From: Vulcanimicrobiota bacterium
GTDB taxonomy: Bacteria; Vulcanimicrobiota; Vulcanimicrobiia; Vulcanimicrobiales; Vulcanimicrobiaceae
NCBI GenBank assembly: GCA_003135555.1
Contig: PLCF01000014.1
Coordinates: forward strand, 76,337 to 95,778
Length of the DNA: 19,442 nucleotides
Direction: 5' to 3'
The notes under the pieces were generated by a model. It was not told the origin of the DNA. It was given only the letters and a program-made list of their open reading frames with translations, and did not search any database. A program made the translations under genes and the position numbers. Of this stretch, positions 16,467 through 19,442 are shown in pieces. Numbering within the stretch: position 1 is the first letter of the stretch; every line of letters starts with the position of its first letter.

Positions 16467-16509
16467 GTACTAGTTGAACTAATACGTAATGTACTAGTTG
16501 AACTAACAC
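16467..16509. promoter_or_regulatory. Two tandem YtrA-type operator palindromes
   Basis: GTACTAGTTGAACTAATAC (16467-16485) and GTACTAGTTGAACTAACAC (16491-16509): 18/19 identical, 24-bp period, each near-palindromic with GTA-N13-TAC geometry like the Bacillus YtrA box AGTGTA-N13-TACACT. Confidence 0.88.
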
Positions 16510-16516
16510 ATGTCAA
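16488..16516 (-). promoter_or_regulatory. sigma70-type promoter for the ytr-like operon
   Basis: Perfect -35 TTGACA (16516-16511), 17-nt spacer, -10 TACATT (16493-16488). Confidence 0.85.
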
Positions 16517-16546
16517 GGGACCGGGAGAAAGTTTTTCGGACCCACC

Positions 16547-17143
16547 ATGAGACCGGGCGTGGGCCGCCCGCTTCGTATTCTGGACCGGTACATGCTGCGC
16601 GCCGCGGCGCCGGCATTGGTCGCGGCGATGCTCGCGGTGGGGGTGCTGTGGCTGGAAGGGCCGATCGCCGCCTCGACCGGCGGCGCTTACGCGCTGGCGG
16701 TCGGGCTCGCAGTCGTATTCGGGCGGCTCGTTCGCAGCGGCGAATACGGCGCGCTGCTGCAAGCCGGCGTCTCGCCTCGCCGAATCGTCGCGGCCGTCGT
16801 CGCGATAGCGTGTGCGCTCGCCGCCATCGAAGCGGTCGCAGCCTGCGCGTTGCGCCCGCCGGTCGTGCGCACGCTGTATGCCGGTTACGTGCTGGCGGCG
16901 TTGCAGCTCCCGCTGCTGGCTTCGCTGGCGCTGCCGATCTCGGCGCGGTCGCGGCGCGAAGAGCCGTGGGCCCTCGTGGTGCTGTTGCTCCTGGCATATA
17001 CCGTCGCAATCATCGCGGCGGCGGTGCTGGGCGCACGAGCGGGTTGGGCTCCGGGCCTGGAGTGGCTCTTCGTCGACGCCGCGCTCGTTGCTGCGGACAT
17101 CGCACTCTATCGCGACCTGATCGCGCCGCACCGCACGCCGTAA
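16547..17143 (+). CDS. Shortened LptF/LptG (YjgP/YjgQ)-like membrane protein
   Basis: N-terminal RILDRYMLR and coupling-helix-like FGRLVRSGEYGALLQAGVSPRRI motif; about 6 hydrophobic segments in only 198 aa. Confidence 0.65.
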   Translation: MRPGVGRPLRILDRYMLRAAAPALVAAMLAVGVLWLEGPIAASTGGAYALAVGLAVVFGRLVRSGEYGALLQAGVSPRRIVAAVVAIACALAAIEAVAACALRPPVVRTLYAGYVLAALQLPLLASLALPISARSRREEPWALVVLLLLAYTVAIIAAAVLGARAGWAPGLEWLFVDAALVAADIALYRDLIAPHRTP

Positions 17144-17145
17144 CG

Positions 17146-19137
17146 TCAGCCCGAGAACGGGTCGCCCAGTTGGACGTGGGCGGGCGGGCCGCCAACCGTG
17201 CCGCGCTCGACGTCGAAGTCGTGCGGCTTGCCGTCATAGGCGCGCAACTGCGTCTGGTACGTTCCGTACTCCCACCAGTAGCGGCCGTCGAGCTTGTCGA
17301 TCACGTCGCCGGTCCGCAAACCCGCGACGTACGCCGGACCGCCGGGGCGCACGAGCGCGCGCATGTAGCCGTCGGCCGGCTTGAACAACACGTAGAAGTA
17401 GGTCGGGCGCGGCGCGGCCGGGTCGAACGCCAGCCCGCGTTCGAACACGTCGCTCGCCAATGCGGGGTGCTCGCGTTGCCACACGCGCACGCGGAACAGC
17501 GCGTCGAGCGCCGCTGCACGGACGGGGCCTTGGGCGTGCCACTGATCGACGCTCCACCCGGCGCAGTCCACTAGCTCCAGGCCGACGTCGCGCCCGTCGC
17601 GGCCCAGCGCCGTGACGGTGAGCTTCAGCGCGGCGGCGTACGGCTTGGCCCGACAGTCCGCACCGGCCGGATCACCGTTCGCGGCGACAACGCGATAGCT
17701 CGGCCAACCGCGCGCGATCGACTCGCTCACCGCGTGCGCCGCGAGCGCCCCATCGGGCGTGCCGTCGTCGAAAACGGCCAGCGCACGGGCGGCCGCCGGC
17801 GGCGCGTACAAGCCGGTTTCGAGCGTCGCGGCTGCGGCGGCACGCGGCGGGAACGGCGGCGCGCCGAACAGCGCCGTTCCGGCCAACACGACCGCGAGCG
17901 TTCCCAGCGTGGCGACGCCGACCTGCCACGGCAGCGTCAGGCGCGTGATGCGCTCGACGCCGATCCCGGTGAAGTTTGCCACCCACACGTTCTGCGTATT
18001 GGTCGGGTCGCACACGTTCTGCACTTGCACGACCGCCATCACCGCCGCCACGAGCGCGACCGGCGGTATCACGTGCAGCGACGCCAGCACAGTAAAAACA
18101 CCGATCCCGATGCCGTAGGGATTGAGCGGCCCGCGGTACAGTGCAAGCGGCGAAAGCAGCCCGAAAACCACGACGTATGCTAGCGGCGACCGTGGCGCCG
18201 CAGCGTTCACGAGAGGGGTTACGGCGGCCCTCACCTCCGGAGTCTGCGTGGCGACGAAGAGCATCCCGATCCCGATCATCAAGATCGTCGCCGGGGCGAC
18301 ATCTTCAATTCCGCGGATCCACGACGAGACCAGCGTTCTTACTGCATCTCGCGGACGGGTTACCAGCACGGCGTAGACCGCAGCGGCAGCGAATCCGACG
18401 ATGGGATCGACACCAAACCTGGCAAAGAGCACGAGCGGCACGATTGGCGCGATGAGGGCGAGCGGCCCGACGCGCTTGCGCGGTGGTTCACCTGCTTCGA
18501 CCTTGGTCGCATAGTTACGCGTCACTCGCGACTGCACGATTGCATACGAAACCAACACGGCTGCCTGAGCGGCAAAGAGCACGAAGGCATAGTACTGGAA
18601 TGTAGCGCGGTCGATACCAAATAGCGTCGTATAGAACTTCCACTGCGTGATATTGAGGATGTAGCCCAGCCCGAAGGCCATCAGAAACATCGTCGCGGAC
18701 AGCGTCCTAGGCACGCCGACCGTCATCATCACCGGCAGCACGATCGTTCCGATCATGATGATCGCGCCGAGGCCCGTAACCGTCGTAAATAGCACCGCGA
18801 CGACGGCGCACATGAGCAGCGACAGCACCAACGGTTTGTCGCCGCCGAACTCGGCGGCATAGGTGACCAGCGTCTCCGCGATCCCGGTCGAGAGGACGAC
18901 GCGACTGAGCAGCGCGCCGAAGAACAGCGTGGCGTACACGGGCGACAGCTTCACCGCGCCCAAGGTCAGGATCGAGGTCAGGTCGTGGACGCCCGCGAGC
19001 GCGGCGGTCGCCAGCGCCATCAGCGGGACCGCGAGCAGCGCCGGCAACTTGCGCGCGATCATCAAGCCCGCCAGCGCTAGGAAGACGAGGACGATCGCGA
19101 TTCCGGCTAACGGCCCGATGCCATCACCTCGTCCCAC
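17146..19137 (-). CDS. Ion-transporter-superfamily (GntP/CitM-like) permease with C-terminal soluble extension containing a PDZ-like domain
   Basis: About 425 aa of hydrophobic helices (RKLPALLAVPLMA, STGIAETLV), then about 235 hydrophilic aa including VRPGGPAYVAGLRTGDVIDKLDG. The start codon is uncertain (GTG, no SD, 31-nt overlap with the upstream gene). Confidence 0.75.
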   Translation of the reverse strand: MGRGDGIGPLAGIAIVLVFLALAGLMIARKLPALLAVPLMALATAALAGVHDLTSILTLGAVKLSPVYATLFFGALLSRVVLSTGIAETLVTYAAEFGGDKPLVLSLLMCAVVAVLFTTVTGLGAIIMIGTIVLPVMMTVGVPRTLSATMFLMAFGLGYILNITQWKFYTTLFGIDRATFQYYAFVLFAAQAAVLVSYAIVQSRVTRNYATKVEAGEPPRKRVGPLALIAPIVPLVLFARFGVDPIVGFAAAAVYAVLVTRPRDAVRTLVSSWIRGIEDVAPATILMIGIGMLFVATQTPEVRAAVTPLVNAAAPRSPLAYVVVFGLLSPLALYRGPLNPYGIGIGVFTVLASLHVIPPVALVAAVMAVVQVQNVCDPTNTQNVWVANFTGIGVERITRLTLPWQVGVATLGTLAVVLAGTALFGAPPFPPRAAAAATLETGLYAPPAAARALAVFDDGTPDGALAAHAVSESIARGWPSYRVVAANGDPAGADCRAKPYAAALKLTVTALGRDGRDVGLELVDCAGWSVDQWHAQGPVRAAALDALFRVRVWQREHPALASDVFERGLAFDPAAPRPTYFYVLFKPADGYMRALVRPGGPAYVAGLRTGDVIDKLDGRYWWEYGTYQTQLRAYDGKPHDFDVERGTVGGPPAHVQLGDPFSG

Positions 19138-19442
19138 GGCGGCACGGTCGCGTGGCGCAGGTAGTCCTCGCGCATGACGCCGTCGATGCGGTCGGCGCAG
19201 CGTTGCGCGTCAACGGACGCGCCGCGATAATGCGATCGCATGTGGAACAGCCCGGACTCGGTGCTCTCATAGCGCCACGCCGCGACGTAGAGCGGCTCGA
19301 GATTCTCCACCGCGTCGCGCAGCTCCCAACACAGGTACTTGGCGACGCCCAGGCTGCGAAAGACCTGCGCGACGTCGGGCTTGACGGCGTGGGCCCGCGC
19401 GTCGTCGTAGTAGTCGCGCGCCTCTTTGCCGATCTGGAGGCG
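19107..19442 (-). CDS. 3' end of a gene entering from the right edge; possibly the helical C-terminal domain of a GH20 beta-N-acetylhexosaminidase
   Basis: Frame is open from 19442 to the TAG at 19107 (RLQIGKEARDYY...KYLCWELRD...YVAAWRYES...EDYLRHATVPPW). The GH20 call is only a recalled resemblance plus the amino-sugar context; no catalytic motif is visible in the window. Confidence 0.45.
   Translation of the reverse strand, partial: RLQIGKEARDYYDDARAHAVKPDVAQVFRSLGVAKYLCWELRDAVENLEPLYVAAWRYESTESGLFHMRSHYRGASVDAQRCADRIDGVMREDYLRHATVPPWDEVMASGR

Noticed and set aside
15913..16509. N-terminal extension giving a 488-aa ABC ATPase
   Set aside because: It runs through ytrA, the leader ORF and the operators. 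The real start is GTG 15912 with a GGAGG SD.
16467..16509. Direct repeat considered as a mini-CRISPR or att site
   Set aside because: Only two 19-bp copies 5 bp apart and no cas or integrase gene. It is better explained as YtrA operators.
18122..18455. Plus-strand ORFs within the low-GC3 patch as a hidden overlapping gene
   Set aside because: They are short, lack recognisable motifs, and do not span the whole patch.

Overview
High-GC bacterial chromosomal window, almost entirely on the minus strand. Gene style suggests a diderm soil bacterium, possibly Eremiobacterota-like (inference). From left to right: (1) an A2-type caa3 cytochrome c oxidase operon (coxB with fused cytochrome c, coxA, coxC) followed by two tiny membrane ORFs; (2) a TonB-dependent-receptor-like protein; (3) a tightly packed catabolic cluster of M20 dipeptidase, SAM methyltransferase, stand-alone hydantoinase/oxoprolinase-A-like ATPase, FAD oxidoreductase, mini HExxH protein, BadF-type sugar kinase and NanE; (4) a YtrA-family GntR + ABC transporter operon with a clear sigma70 promoter, two tandem YtrA boxes and small ORFs at both ends; (5) a divergent, shortened LptF/G-like membrane protein; (6) an ion-transporter-superfamily permease fused to a C-terminal PDZ-containing region, and the 3' end of an upstream gene. 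The most striking item is a 38-aa leader ORF, absent from the supplied ORF track, that closely resembles the insect ribosome-targeting peptide apidaecin and lies in frame with ytrA, separated from it by a TAA and two codons. No rRNA, tRNA, CRISPR array or transposase was seen. All family assignments come from motif recognition by eye; no searches were run.
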